Source of the DNA: an uncultured Nitrososphaerota archaeon
GTDB taxonomy: Archaea; Thermoproteota; Nitrososphaeria; Nitrososphaerales; CADDZS01
NCBI GenBank assembly: GCA_963799845.1
Contig: CAWCYI010000004.1
Coordinates: 480,001-544,000 of the forward strand
Direction of reading: 5' to 3'
Length of the DNA: 64,000 bases
Positions within the stretch are counted from its first letter, which is position 1; each line of letters begins with the position of its first letter. Both the position numbers and the translations under genes were made by a program. Below are positions 1 through 10,667 of this stretch, one piece after another. Under the pieces are notes generated by a model, which was given only the letters and a program-made list of their open reading frames with translations, was not told the DNA's origin and searched no databases.

Positions 1-332
1 GGGAAGATCTCGACAAGGTGCTCACCTGCGTATCGAAGTACAAAAAGCCCAAGGACGAGTTCAAGGCTTCTCTTTACCACAATGTCAACATGGATGAGAA
101 CAAGAGCAAGGCGAAAGAAGAGTCTGCAGATTTCCTTCAAAAATACTATCGGGAAGATCCGTCGGGAATTCTGGATCTCTGGGTAGCGTTTGGAAACAGA
201 AACGACGTCTCCAAGAAACTGGAAGCTTACATAACGGCAGGAGTTCAGGACTTTAACATCAGGTTCGTCGCCTGGGACCAGATTACCCAGCTGAAGAAAT
301 TCAGTACTGAAGTACTGCCCTCTTTCAACTAG
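1..332 (+). CDS. LLM-class (luciferase-like/F420-dependent) oxidoreductase, C-terminal part, truncated by window edge
   Basis: C-terminal pattern 'AFGNRNDVSKKLEAYITAGVQDFNIRF...QLKKFSTEVLPSF' typical of LLM family. Confidence 0.7.
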   Translation, partial: EDLDKVLTCVSKYKKPKDEFKASLYHNVNMDENKSKAKEESADFLQKYYREDPSGILDLWVAFGNRNDVSKKLEAYITAGVQDFNIRFVAWDQITQLKKFSTEVLPSFN

Positions 333-405
333 AATCTAGGAAACGCGAAATGTCGGCCCAAAGACAGCAGAACGACACCGATCTACTTCAACTCGGAGCG
401 TCCGT

Positions 406-1635
406 CTACCAGTGGACTAGCTCGTAAGGTGTTAGGGACTCGACTCCGCGGCTCGTTACGAGAATAGTGTCTTCGATCACAGCAGTCCCAAAATCCAGGA
501 TGTGAGCCATCGGCTCGAATGCGAAAGACATGTTTTCCTTCAATACGACGTCCGGCAATCCGAGAGAGGGAAGTTCGAAAAATGAAGTTGCAATTGCGTG
601 GTGTACTATCAGACCGAGATACATCCGATCCTCGAATTTCGTTCGGAGTCCGGATTTTTCTTCAAGCTCGTGAGCCTTGGCGACAATCTCGGACATTTTC
701 CTTCCTGGTTTCATCATCGAAGTCAAAACGCTGTAAGCGCTCAGTATCACGTCGAGAACCTGTCTTTGCTCATTATTTGCCCCGCCTAGGACGACCGACC
801 TTGACATGTCGATTTGATAACCAAATTTCATCGCCCCCATATCCAGATAGATCATATCGCCGGTCTGTATTTTTCTCGCGGTCGGATAGCTGTGCTTCAA
901 TCCGCCTCTCGGCCCAGAGTTTACGATAGTCTGGAAACTACGGTCGTGTGCGCCTCTCTCAAACATCACCCTGTATGCAGTGGCCGCAATCTCGTTTTCC
1001 GTCATCCCGGATGAAATTGATTCGATGGCTACTTTCATAGCCAAGGCGGTGATCGCACCTATTTCCCGCTGCAGATTTATTTCGAGATCGCTGCGGATGC
1101 TTTTCATGGTAAGAAATTCTAGCCATAGATTTACCCATTCAATCTCATGTACATTTTTGAGGCGTTCCCAGATCATGATGGGAATATTGTCGAAACCGAC
1201 GACTCCGACTCTTTTGGATTTATTGTCCGATAGGATGTGATCCAAAACATCTGCGAATCGATTCAGATCGTTCGGAACGGGAATAAAGTCGTGGATCCAG
1301 GTCAACCACGCGTAGGAATTTATCGGCTCGCCGTGAAGGATTGCATCGGTAACAAGCGTTGGATCTCCCTCTTTTGAAACAACTATTGCAGCCCTTCCCA
1401 ACGGGATAAAGTTCGAAGCGTATACCAGATCGCCGTAATCTGAAGAGTTGCCGAAGATGAGCACCGAGTCCAATTTATTTCGTGACATTATCTCTCGAAG
1501 AAGTTTCACCCGCCTATCATATTCTGACATGGGGAACGGGAGGTCGAGATATTTTTTCCTCGTCTCCCAATCATAAGGAACCTGAGAACTGTATGTGGTT
1601 TGATACTCTCCAGTCATCCTGGAACAGACCTTCAA
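406..1635 (-). CDS. M24B Xaa-Pro peptidase/creatinase-family protein
   Basis: Creatinase_N-like start (EYDRRVKLLREIM); metal ligands LDMG, IDMSR, HH, FEP, IEDT; true start may be MTGEY at 1614. Confidence 0.85.
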   Translation of the reverse strand: MKVCSRMTGEYQTTYSSQVPYDWETRKKYLDLPFPMSEYDRRVKLLREIMSRNKLDSVLIFGNSSDYGDLVYASNFIPLGRAAIVVSKEGDPTLVTDAILHGEPINSYAWLTWIHDFIPVPNDLNRFADVLDHILSDNKSKRVGVVGFDNIPIMIWERLKNVHEIEWVNLWLEFLTMKSIRSDLEINLQREIGAITALAMKVAIESISSGMTENEIAATAYRVMFERGAHDRSFQTIVNSGPRGGLKHSYPTARKIQTGDMIYLDMGAMKFGYQIDMSRSVVLGGANNEQRQVLDVILSAYSVLTSMMKPGRKMSEIVAKAHELEEKSGLRTKFEDRMYLGLIVHHAIATSFFELPSLGLPDVVLKENMSFAFEPMAHILDFGTAVIEDTILVTSRGVESLTPYELVHW

Positions 1636-1676
1636 TAGGATGCTTAAATCAATGCGTCATAACGTTTTGAATTCAG

Positions 1677-2537
1677 GTGTTTGTCGCAACGAAGATTGAT
1701 CACGTGTCAATAGCGTGGAGCAACTTAACTTTTTTGCAGGATGCCTTTGAAAGTGTTGGCCTGAAAACTGACTACGGTGGCGTTCATTCCAGTGGCGCTA
1801 CCCACATGTCTCTTCTTGCGTTCAACGACGGGTCTTACATCGAACTAATCTCAGTCGTAAAACCGGGCAGCCCTTCGCCGTCATGGGGCAGGCAGATCGC
1901 CGAGAATGGAGGGCCGTGCGCCTGGGCTGTTCGGGTCGATGATCTTGCTTCCGAAGTTCAGCGAATAAAGAGTCTCGGAATTCCAACGATTGGACCCGAT
2001 GATTACTATCGAGAGCGTCCCGATGGAGTCTTGGTGGAATGGGAGCTTGCATTCATCGGAGACGCGGGACCCGGTGCGACGCTGCCCTTCCTGATAAAGG
2101 ACAAGACGCCGAGAGAATACCGGGTAAAGCCCTCACCTAGCGTCTCATCCTCCGAGCTCACCGGAGTAACGAAAGTGATCCTCGGAGTAAGAGATCTCGA
2201 AAGAGAAGTGAAATTATTTCACAAGGTGTATGGCTGGAAAGAGCCGGTCAGGAACAATAATCTCACGGGGGACTTTCGAGGATTAATTGTTGCCGATTTT
2301 GAAGACTCTCCCGTGGTAATCGCCTCCCCCCAGAAGGAAGATTCGTGGCTTTCGAAAAGGTTAGGGCAGTTTGGAGATTCCCCGTGCGCTTTTCTGATAG
2401 GTACATCTTCCCTGCCCCAGACGCGCATGCGCTACAATCTGAAGGAGGAGCAACCTTGGATTCGGGAGAGCTCAAGGGTCGCCTGGATGCCTAGCTCAAA
2501 GCTTGGCGGAATAAGACTCGGGTTCACAGACGGCTGA
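1677..2537 (+). CDS. VOC family (Glyoxalase_3-like) protein
   Basis: IDHVSIA, GGVH..ATH, SYIELI, LPFLI motifs. Confidence 0.85.
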   Translation: MFVATKIDHVSIAWSNLTFLQDAFESVGLKTDYGGVHSSGATHMSLLAFNDGSYIELISVVKPGSPSPSWGRQIAENGGPCAWAVRVDDLASEVQRIKSLGIPTIGPDDYYRERPDGVLVEWELAFIGDAGPGATLPFLIKDKTPREYRVKPSPSVSSSELTGVTKVILGVRDLEREVKLFHKVYGWKEPVRNNNLTGDFRGLIVADFEDSPVVIASPQKEDSWLSKRLGQFGDSPCAFLIGTSSLPQTRMRYNLKEEQPWIRESSRVAWMPSSKLGGIRLGFTDG

Positions 2538-2550
2538 TTTTTCGGCGTCT

Positions 2551-4179
2551 TTACTCCGGCGGGATTTCTCTCTGGAGTAGGCTCAAGTCGATCCCCTGAC
2601 TCTTCCTGACGAAGTAAGATATAGAATAGATTACCGCGCCGAGGACGAAAGTCGCAATGACGCCAGCGAAAAGTGTCTCCACGAACGTGGCGCCCCCGAT
2701 CAGCGGCTTGATGATAGCATAGATCGTTACGATGCAAACTAGTACACTTATCGCTCCCAAGATCGTGATCAACGGGATTCCACCAATCTTGCGCTTCGCG
2801 GTTGGATCAGATGCGTCGAAAACATCCTTTCTTCTGTACGGATAGACAACCGCAATCACAGCAACCACGAGAAAGACGAGAAACTGACCTGCTGTCCCAT
2901 AGTTAAACAGTGAAGACAGGAGACTGAACTGGAAAATGGAAAAGTAGGTGTATATTATTCCGACCACCGTCATCACAATTACTGCGTAGATGGGAGTCCT
3001 AGTTCTCGAGTTTATGCTGGCAAATGTTGCCGGAACTACTCTGTCAAATGACCATGCAAAGAGGTTTCTGCTCAGAGTAAAAAAAATCGAAATATTCATG
3101 ACTTCTGCTGTGAGGCCAAAACCTATGTTAAACATGGAAACAAGGACAGGATTTCTAGTCCAGAAAATTGACAGCCCCGAGGCAAGAGGCGGCGTTCCTG
3201 CTAGGAAAGGATAATTGCCGTAACCGTTGATCCACATCCCCGCCATTGAATTGACGAATTTTGGTCCTTCTCCGAAATACTCGACTGCGATCATGATGGT
3301 TATGAAAGTTGCGAAGATTATTGTGCCACCGAATTGAGCCAGAATCTGCGATTTGCGGTTTTGCTTCACCTCGCCTGCAAAATATGCAGAAGAGTTGAAT
3401 CCCAGGAAAGCGAGAAGACCAAGAGCGGCCGCGTAAAGTGTTGAACTGCTAAACAGAGGAGGCACTCCGTTATACGCGCCGAACTGCTGCTGACCGACTG
3501 ATATCACCTGATTATACGTCATATTCGAACCTGAGTAGGCGTTGAAGTTGTTTGCAAAAGTAGTACTTCCTGCCGACAGGACTGTAGCGATGAAAATCAC
3601 CCCGATTATTATCGAAATAAACGCCCAATATTTCACGACATTCGCAGCCAGTTTCGTGCTTGCGATCACGATCAGTCCCGCTATTACGATGAAAACAGCC
3701 GCGATCCAGAATGCATCTCCTGTAGATTGGAGACTATTTGCAATGCTGATGTAATTGGAGTTGTTCCCGAGTATGCCCAGGTCGTAGAACATTTCGCCAA
3801 ACGACCACTGCCCGATCCAGGGTGCAACAGACCCTACCACGGACAGAACGATCAGGGTAAGAGCGAAATTGGACACGAAGCCTATGCCGGGATTTGCGAC
3901 TCTGCTTACCCAGACATAATCTCCACCTGTTCTGGGGATTCCAATGGAAAATAGAATGTAGACTCCAGCAACGGGTAAGACTAACAAGAACCCGATGAGC
4001 GGACCGATGAGCGGATTGGCATCCGGATAGAATGCCGGAGTAAACGCGACGACGTTGAAGACGTACAACAAACCCATCTGGGTGACACACATACCGAGCG
4101 CTTCCAACCCGGAAATCTGCCGGACAAGGCCCGTCGCCTGCCTGACAAAAATCGTCTTATCTGATCCGCTAGTAGACAA
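2551..4179 (-). CDS. APC-family amino acid permease
   Basis: FVRQATGLVR, PRTGGDYVWVSR, AGEVK, SRNLFAWSFDR; ~12 TM segments. Confidence 0.9.
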   Translation of the reverse strand: MSTSGSDKTIFVRQATGLVRQISGLEALGMCVTQMGLLYVFNVVAFTPAFYPDANPLIGPLIGFLLVLPVAGVYILFSIGIPRTGGDYVWVSRVANPGIGFVSNFALTLIVLSVVGSVAPWIGQWSFGEMFYDLGILGNNSNYISIANSLQSTGDAFWIAAVFIVIAGLIVIASTKLAANVVKYWAFISIIIGVIFIATVLSAGSTTFANNFNAYSGSNMTYNQVISVGQQQFGAYNGVPPLFSSSTLYAAALGLLAFLGFNSSAYFAGEVKQNRKSQILAQFGGTIIFATFITIMIAVEYFGEGPKFVNSMAGMWINGYGNYPFLAGTPPLASGLSIFWTRNPVLVSMFNIGFGLTAEVMNISIFFTLSRNLFAWSFDRVVPATFASINSRTRTPIYAVIVMTVVGIIYTYFSIFQFSLLSSLFNYGTAGQFLVFLVVAVIAVVYPYRRKDVFDASDPTAKRKIGGIPLITILGAISVLVCIVTIYAIIKPLIGGATFVETLFAGVIATFVLGAVIYSISYFVRKSQGIDLSLLQREIPPE

Positions 4180-4319
4180 ATTTGACGAATCCGACCGGGA
4201 CGGCGGATATATTAGAGTTATTTTGCTGCACGTAGAACAGACATTACCCGCAGGAACGGCGTGGAGTTCTCGCGGACCGGGGCATTCTTAAATCTCCAAG
4301 GCCAACCCGCGAACTCACT

Positions 4320-6008
4320 TTGGCACAATCTCCTGATCAAGCCGAGTACGAGGTTCATCTTGAATTCGGCGTAAAGCAAGAAATGCGCGACGGAGTGAGA
4401 CTTTCCTCCGATATCTTCAGGCCAGCTGGTACTAAAGAAAGGTTTCCTGTCATCGTAACACGTTCCCCTTACCAGACTGTTGCAGGATTTCAGAAGAGGA
4501 TGTCTGACGAAGCAAAATTCTACGCCAGCCGCGGCTACGTTTACGTCATCCAGGATTGTCGCGGCAAAAACGATTCCGAAGGAGAATACCATCCGTTCTT
4601 CGATGATCCCACCGACGGATTTGACACGTTGAATTGGTGTGCGAAACAGGAGTGGTCAAACGGATCGATTGGCACCACGGGTGCTTCCTACCTTGCGTGG
4701 AACCAGTGGGGTACTGCGGCACTAAACCCGCCGGGCCTAAAGGCGATGATCTGCACGGTGGCGTTGCCCGATCCAGTACTTAACGTTCCATTTCAGAATG
4801 GCACGCTCGTCCTATGGATGTCAGAGTGGCTTGCGATGGTGGAAGGAAAGAGAAACACGGATACGTCGATTTTCGATTCTCTGAAGATATACGATCACCT
4901 GCCGCTTGCGACGATCGACGAGAAGTTCGGCAGAAAATCTAAGACATGGAAGAATTGGATTGGACACCCGTCGGCAGATGCTTACTGGAAAAAATCATTT
5001 TATCAGGACAAGTTCGATCGGATCGATGTTCCCGTTCTTCACATATCGGGATGGTACGACGATGACGTAATTGGAACGCACATCAATTATGTGAGGATGA
5101 CTGAGCTGTCTCCCTCAGAACGATCGAGAGAAAATCAGAAACTAATCATCGGTCCTTGGCCGCATCATGTAAATTTCTCAAGACAGCTAGGGCCGATTGA
5201 CTTCGGGGACAGCGCGATGGTAGATCTTCAAAGAATCAAACTTGAATGGTTTGATCACTGGCTCAAGGGCGTCGACAACGGGATTACTAGCGAACCCAAG
5301 GTTGACATTTTTACTATGGGAAAGAACCAGTGGCAGAAGGCTGAAGAATGGCCGTTCAAAGACATCGCCTATACGAAGTACTTTCTCCATTCTGGCGGTA
5401 AGGCGAACACTTCTTTCGGCGACGGTACGTTATCAGTGGAGCAACCTTCAGTGGACGAAAACATTGATGCTTTCACATACGATCCCATGAACCCGTGCCC
5501 AAACATATTTGATTCATCGATTACCCCTGCCGAGGGCCCGTATGACCAGAGGCCGATCGAATTGCGCGATGATGTGCTCGTGTACTCCACATCTCCCCTT
5601 GAATCAGACACCGAAGTCTCAGGGCCGGTTCATGCGGTTCTGTATGCGGCGACCTCCGCGCGTGATACGGACTTTTGGGCACAGCTCACCGATGTATTTC
5701 CAAACGGATTCTCAATGCACCTAACCGAAGGTATCATTCGCGGAAGGTACCACGGATCGCTAGAGACTCCTGAATTGTTAGTGCCAGAGAAAATCTATGA
5801 ATTCAAGATTGATCTATGGGTTACAAGCAACCTCTTTCTGAAGGGTCACAAGATCAGGCTTGATGTTTCGAGCAGCTCTTTCCCAAAGTACGATCGAAAT
5901 CCGAATACGGGGCACGAATTTGGAATGGATGCCGAGACCATCCCTGCAAATCAGCGGATCTATCACAATTCTAAATTTCCCTCGCATCTTGTCTTGTCAA
6001 TTGTCTAA
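4320..6008 (+). CDS. CocE/NonD family serine hydrolase
   Basis: MRDGVRL, QDCRGK..SEG, nucleophile GASY, GWYD, GPWPH, SSSSFPKYDRN. Confidence 0.95.
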   Translation: MAQSPDQAEYEVHLEFGVKQEMRDGVRLSSDIFRPAGTKERFPVIVTRSPYQTVAGFQKRMSDEAKFYASRGYVYVIQDCRGKNDSEGEYHPFFDDPTDGFDTLNWCAKQEWSNGSIGTTGASYLAWNQWGTAALNPPGLKAMICTVALPDPVLNVPFQNGTLVLWMSEWLAMVEGKRNTDTSIFDSLKIYDHLPLATIDEKFGRKSKTWKNWIGHPSADAYWKKSFYQDKFDRIDVPVLHISGWYDDDVIGTHINYVRMTELSPSERSRENQKLIIGPWPHHVNFSRQLGPIDFGDSAMVDLQRIKLEWFDHWLKGVDNGITSEPKVDIFTMGKNQWQKAEEWPFKDIAYTKYFLHSGGKANTSFGDGTLSVEQPSVDENIDAFTYDPMNPCPNIFDSSITPAEGPYDQRPIELRDDVLVYSTSPLESDTEVSGPVHAVLYAATSARDTDFWAQLTDVFPNGFSMHLTEGIIRGRYHGSLETPELLVPEKIYEFKIDLWVTSNLFLKGHKIRLDVSSSSFPKYDRNPNTGHEFGMDAETIPANQRIYHNSKFPSHLVLSIV

Positions 6009-6037
6009 GTATAGAAGCGACGCAAGAAAGCGTTTTT

Positions 6038-7983
6038 TCAGGATTTTCTTTCGTACCTACGGAATATTTCTTGCAATCGAGGATCTGTCCTAGCTTTTGT
6101 TGCCATTGGCGAATACTTCAGGACTGAAATGGAAATCGTGTGATTCTCACCCGCCCTCCTCATTGCTTCAAAGAAATTATCGAGGTCTCCGAGAGCGCAG
6201 TAAATCAACCCAATGCCATTGATTGCCACGAAACCCTCCTCAGAAGATTTCTGAAGAACCTTGATCATTTGGATTGCTTTTTCTCGCTGGCCTTCGACGG
6301 CAGCCAGATACCCCTCCCAAAAATCATTTTCCTGATTAGCTGGATTTAGCTTTCGCAGAGTCTGTATTATGCTCCGGGCTTTCTCGTAATCTTCTTTGTA
6401 GATGTAGTAATCCATCATGCTGTCATAGGTCATGTATGGAGCAAACTTCAGTGCAGTTTCCCAAATTTCCAGTGCCTCAGATTCCCTGCCCGACCAAAAA
6501 TACTCGTCCCCGAGGCTTGTCATATTCCATGGCTCGAGTGGATCGAGCTGGTAGGCTTTCTCCCTCAGCCTCACAGATTCGTCGAGATCCCCTCCAACCA
6601 TCATGACACCCGCGAGGTTGGAGTAGGCGTCCGCTAGGTTTGGGTTGATTTCGATTGCCCGTCGGGCCTCCTTCTCGGAAGCGTTCATGTTGTCCTCCAT
6701 CTGCTCAACTGTCGAGAGCGCCGAATGTGCCTCGGCTAGCATATCGTTGATTGCAAGCGCCTTTCGAAGTAATGCTCTGGAGTTATCGATCGCCTGTTGG
6801 AAAGGAATATGGGCGTACATTGCGAGAGAATAATAGCATCCCGCCTGCCCCACATACGCTCTGGCAAACTTTGGATCTCTCTGGATCGCCTTCTCAAACA
6901 GATTGAGAGCATCCCTCAAGGCACTTTCAGCCGTTTCGTGCGATAATTGCTTCGCTTGGAGAAAATACGTGTAAGCTACAATATCTTCAGTGTCCTTTTC
7001 TTCATGCGAAACAGGTCGCACATTCAGACCGAGGCTGGTTGCGATCGATCCAGTCACGTTCTGGGCTATGTCGTCCTGAATCGCGAATATGTCGTCCAGA
7101 TCTTTATCATATCTCGAAGACCACAGGCGACTTTCAGATTTTACATCGATGAGAAAGACAGTGGCTCGGATCTTGTTTCCGACCTTTCTGACGCTTCCTT
7201 CGATGACGGTTCCGACCTGGAGCTCCCTCCCTATTTCCGAAATCTTCTTGTCTTTGTTTTTGTAGCTCATCGAAGACGTTCGCGCGATCACTTCGAGCGG
7301 TTTCACCTGCGACAGCCGATCAATCAGCTCCTCAGTAAGACCGTCCGCGAGGTACCCGTCGTTTGCGTCCGGGCTCATGTTTGTGAACGGTAAAACTGCG
7401 ATTCGTCTTCCTGTGTCGTGATCTAAGGACTGTGAACCATCCCGGTTCCAGGGCATCACCACTTTGTAGACTTCAATCGACTGGCTGATATTCTTCAATG
7501 ATACATTCCCCATGCTCTCGATTGGTACCCGGATCTTGTTTAGAATGAGATCGTAGACCTGGCGAGTCAGACAGATGCCATCGACCTCCGCAAGTTGTTG
7601 AATCCTCGACGCTATGTTAACGGCGTCTCCAAAGACATCGCCCCCCTTGTGAACGATATCTCCAACATGAATGCCGATTCGAAGTCGGATCTTCCATTCA
7701 TCCGCCGATGAGAGATTGTAGTCATGAAGAAACTCTTGAATCTCCATTGCACACTGCGTCGTGTCGAGAGCGCTTTCAAATTCGACGAGAAAAGAGTCTC
7801 CAATCGTTTTGATTTCCCTACCTCTTTGCTTCTGGAAAAACGGCCTCATGAGTTTGTTGTGTCTTTCAAGCACCCTGAGTGCCTGATCTTCGTCTGACTG
7901 GGCGAGAGCGGTATATCCCACAATATCCGTAAACATTATGCAAGCAAGAGATCTTCGGCTCGCACCGAGATCGGATCACTCAT
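6038..7983 (-). CDS. Class III adenylate cyclase - TolB_N-like - TPR protein (possible 5' frameshift)
   Basis: [26 protein letters not shown] (metal Asps, ATP-specifying K/D, catalytic N/R); RIAVLPF domain; TPRs. ORF track starts at 7936, but in-frame RRSLACI continues upstream and the ATG at 7983 is one base out of frame. Confidence 0.9.
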
Positions 7984-8361
7984 TGGCTTCCTAATATCAA
8001 AGAGACTAATCTTTATGATTAATCTCCGCACCGATTCATTGTTGTAACAATGGTAGAGGACGTTAGAGAGTTGGGAACAATAGTTCTATGCTTTTTACGC
8101 AATCTTGTAGAGAATGACTAATGAAGAAAGGTGCCACAGATCTCGCGGGAAAAGGGTTGGCAAACTTATAGAATTTGTCCTGGTCACGTCTGGGCGACGA
8201 GCACATGTTGAATCGTGTTTTTTTGGCTTCGGCGAAAGATCTCCTTTCATTTTGCCAAATCTTTACAAATAGGCTCCGGATTCTTCTCGAAAAATAAGCC
8301 TCTACAGATTCTATCTGGATTATAATTGGACGCAGGAATGGAACTTAACGATTGGGTGAAG

Positions 8362-8476
8362 CGCCCAGGCCGGGATTTGAACCCGGGTCGCGAGAGTGAC
8401 ACTTGAGGCTACCGATATAGCAGTCTCACATACTAACCTATTTTTACGACCGCGAACGTCTCTATACTACCTGGGC
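8362..8476 (-). tRNA. tRNA-Asp(GTC) with two non-canonical introns (~15/16: 8442-8461; 32/33: 8402-8422)
   Basis: Acceptor GCCCAGG/CCTGGGC, T-arm CCGGG-TTCAAAT-CCCGG, anticodon arm TGAGA-CT-GTC-AC-TCTCG after intron removal; BHB-like junctions. Confidence 0.9.
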
Positions 8477-8511
8477 AAGAGAGGACGGTTGGGGAGACAC
8501 GCTTCCAACTC

Positions 8512-8530
8512 TGAATTTAACCCTTTTCGC
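8512..8530 (-). promoter_or_regulatory. BRE/TATA promoter of tRNA-Asp
   Basis: Minus strand GCGAAAAGGG-TTAAATT ~40 nt upstream of mature 5' end. Confidence 0.55.
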
Positions 8531-8601
8531 TCATGGGACAAAACTTTTGATACTGCCAAAGAACGCAGGATGATTTCCGTTAACGTCCGGCAGTTGAGAT
8601 C

Positions 8602-9324
8602 ATGAGCTATGATTTTGCACCGCTTTCGCTGAACGCGGACTCTACTTCTATCCTACTCGTTCTCGCGATAGCTCCCTCGATATACCTGCTGTGGTTTTTC
8701 TACAACTCGGACCGCTACAAGCACGAGTCCAAGAAACTGCTCGCCGTGACGTTCGCACTCGGTGCCCTCATGATCCTCCCGGCAATATTCCTAGAACTTT
8801 TTGCCAAAATACTCTTTCCAGAAGGCACGACTCTTCTGGGAGTTTTCGTTTACTTTCTTCTTGAAGTCGCGCTGTTCGAGGAGGGTCTGAAATTCTTTGC
8901 CGTCAGAATCTACGCTTACAATTCGAAGATGTTCAACGAGCCGATGGACGGTCTCATTCTGGGTGTCGCCGCCGCGTTGGGGTTTGCAACCGTCGAGAAT
9001 ATTTTTTACGTCCTCAGCTCCGGAATTCTAACCGCGCTTGTTAGGGCGATTATCAGCGTCCCATCGCACGCCCTTTTTGGAGCGGTGATCGGCTTTTATC
9101 TCGGGGAGGCGAAATTTCATAAGAAACCTCTTCTTGCTCTGAAGGGACTCGCTGCTGCGATCTTTCTCCACGCAATGTTTGACACCATTGCAACCGTTGT
9201 CCCTTCCATCATCGGGATCGTGGCGCTGGTTGCATTTGTCCTCGTGCTGTACTACAGGGTCGTAAAGGGCGAGGAGAGGACGGCAGAGGCGGAATCTCCG
9301 TTCAGGCGGAGCGGACCCCTGTGA
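8602..9324 (+). CDS. prsW: PrsW-family intramembrane protease
   Basis: FEEGLK, GFATVENIFY, SHALF, LHAMFD motifs; multi-TM. Confidence 0.9.
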   Translation: MSYDFAPLSLNADSTSILLVLAIAPSIYLLWFFYNSDRYKHESKKLLAVTFALGALMILPAIFLELFAKILFPEGTTLLGVFVYFLLEVALFEEGLKFFAVRIYAYNSKMFNEPMDGLILGVAAALGFATVENIFYVLSSGILTALVRAIISVPSHALFGAVIGFYLGEAKFHKKPLLALKGLAAAIFLHAMFDTIATVVPSIIGIVALVAFVLVLYYRVVKGEERTAEAESPFRRSGPL

Positions 9325-9470
9325 TTTTATTCTGGTAACATTTTTCATATTATTCCGTCTCTATTATCTTGCTTCAGCTGCCATTAATCGTCGCCAAAGA
9401 TTTTGTTTGAATCTGCCGATTGCTTAATATTGCATCTGGCTCAAGTTCGGCTGTACGAACTAGAGTAAAT

Positions 9471-9580
9471 GGGCCTCTAGCTCAGCCAGGTAGAGCACTG
9501 GTGTTTATCGCGACCCAAAGTTGCGTAGACTGGTGAGACTTTTAATCCAGGGGTCTGGGGTCCGAATCCCCAGAGGCCCG
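9471..9580 (+). tRNA. tRNA-Lys(TTT) with 36-nt intron at 30/31 (9502-9537)
   Basis: GGGCCTC/GAGGCCC acceptor, GCTC/GAGC D-stem, CTGGA-CT-TTT-AA-TCCAG after splicing; intron hairpin and CACT/GGTG central helix; T-loop TCCGAAT. Confidence 0.92.
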
Positions 9581-9581
9581 C

Positions 9582-10148
9582 TCAAGTCTTCATATCGCTT
9601 GAAATCCTCTGAATCCCTTTTTCAATATCGGCTACCTTGCTGATTCTTGAAATAGGTTCGTAAAATTCTCGTTCCAGATATCTTGCTACTTGTCCTTTGG
9701 GAAGTCCCTCAATTACTAAAGCATCTTGAATTGAATTTTCAATATTGCGCTTAGTTAATTTTGGTGGCTCATATCCATCCGAAAGGTCTAGTTCGAGAGA
9801 ACTTAACGGGGCGCCTAATTTTCGAACTCGTCCTAATTCCTTGATGAACGCTTTTCCGTGGCCGTTCTTAGTTAGCCACCAAAGTTTCGCGTGAACCATT
9901 TCATGAGTCATAGTCTGGAGTGTTCCATTCTTAGAAACACCGGAACGAAGAAAGATCTTCCTATCTCTGACAGAACAATATCCGGCACTCAAATGAGCAA
10001 AATTCTTACATTTCGAACCAATGAGAATCTTGTACTGAGGCAACGTTCCTTGAAAATATTTCTCGTTAAACGACTGGAATATTTTCTCAAGGGAGAAGTC
10101 TCGACGACAGGTATTCAAGAAAAAAGGATTCTCAAGAGATTCTCTCAT
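9582..10148 (-). CDS. SprT-like zinc metalloprotease
   Basis: FNEKYFQG.LP, AGYC, THEMVH, GHGKAF motifs. Confidence 0.85.
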   Translation of the reverse strand: MRESLENPFFLNTCRRDFSLEKIFQSFNEKYFQGTLPQYKILIGSKCKNFAHLSAGYCSVRDRKIFLRSGVSKNGTLQTMTHEMVHAKLWWLTKNGHGKAFIKELGRVRKLGAPLSSLELDLSDGYEPPKLTKRNIENSIQDALVIEGLPKGQVARYLEREFYEPISRISKVADIEKGIQRISSDMKT

Positions 10149-10198
10149 TTCATTCTCCTTATTTCGTTTCTCAACCAGGTATCGGACGGCTTCCTCGA

Positions 10199-10399
10199 TT
10201 ACTTGTCGCTACAACAAACAGTCATAGTGCAACAAGTGTGTTGGGCCGGACACTGATAACAGATGCATCCACATTCTTTGCAACGGCGATTCCTGGAGTT
10301 TTGTTTCGTAGATGTAACGGGCCTTCCGTCGACGATGATCAGTTCTGCATAAGCTTCTGATTCTCCGTTCTTTTGTGAACTTTCAAGCATTGCGGTCAT
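10199..10399 (-). CDS. Small Cys-rich putative zinc-binding protein
   Basis: CKECGCICYQCPAQHTCC...CC. Confidence 0.5.
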   Translation of the reverse strand: MTAMLESSQKNGESEAYAELIIVDGRPVTSTKQNSRNRRCKECGCICYQCPAQHTCCTMTVCCSDK

Positions 10400-10667
10400 T
10401 TCTTATTCAGGTGAGTCCTTCGTGTATCCGATTTAGCGTCTTCTAAGGATTCCTAGCCTTTCAACTTGCCATATCCTTCTGGGGACTTTTACCAATGGCC
10501 AGGCACTAGTTCGGAACGGGAATTCCAGTTGCGCAAAAGACCGGTTTAATTTCATGCTTGAATTTGATCGCAAAAGATCGAACAAGTCGGCAAGATATTA
10601 AATATGAAAATGAGGTTCAATACGATGTCACGGGAATGCCCCAAACATATAGCCCGAGATTCACAAA

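Noticed and set aside
8396-8605. 69-aa ORF and the many short antisense ORFs in the track
   Set aside because: They overlap tRNA-Asp or well-supported genes on the other strand and carry no motifs
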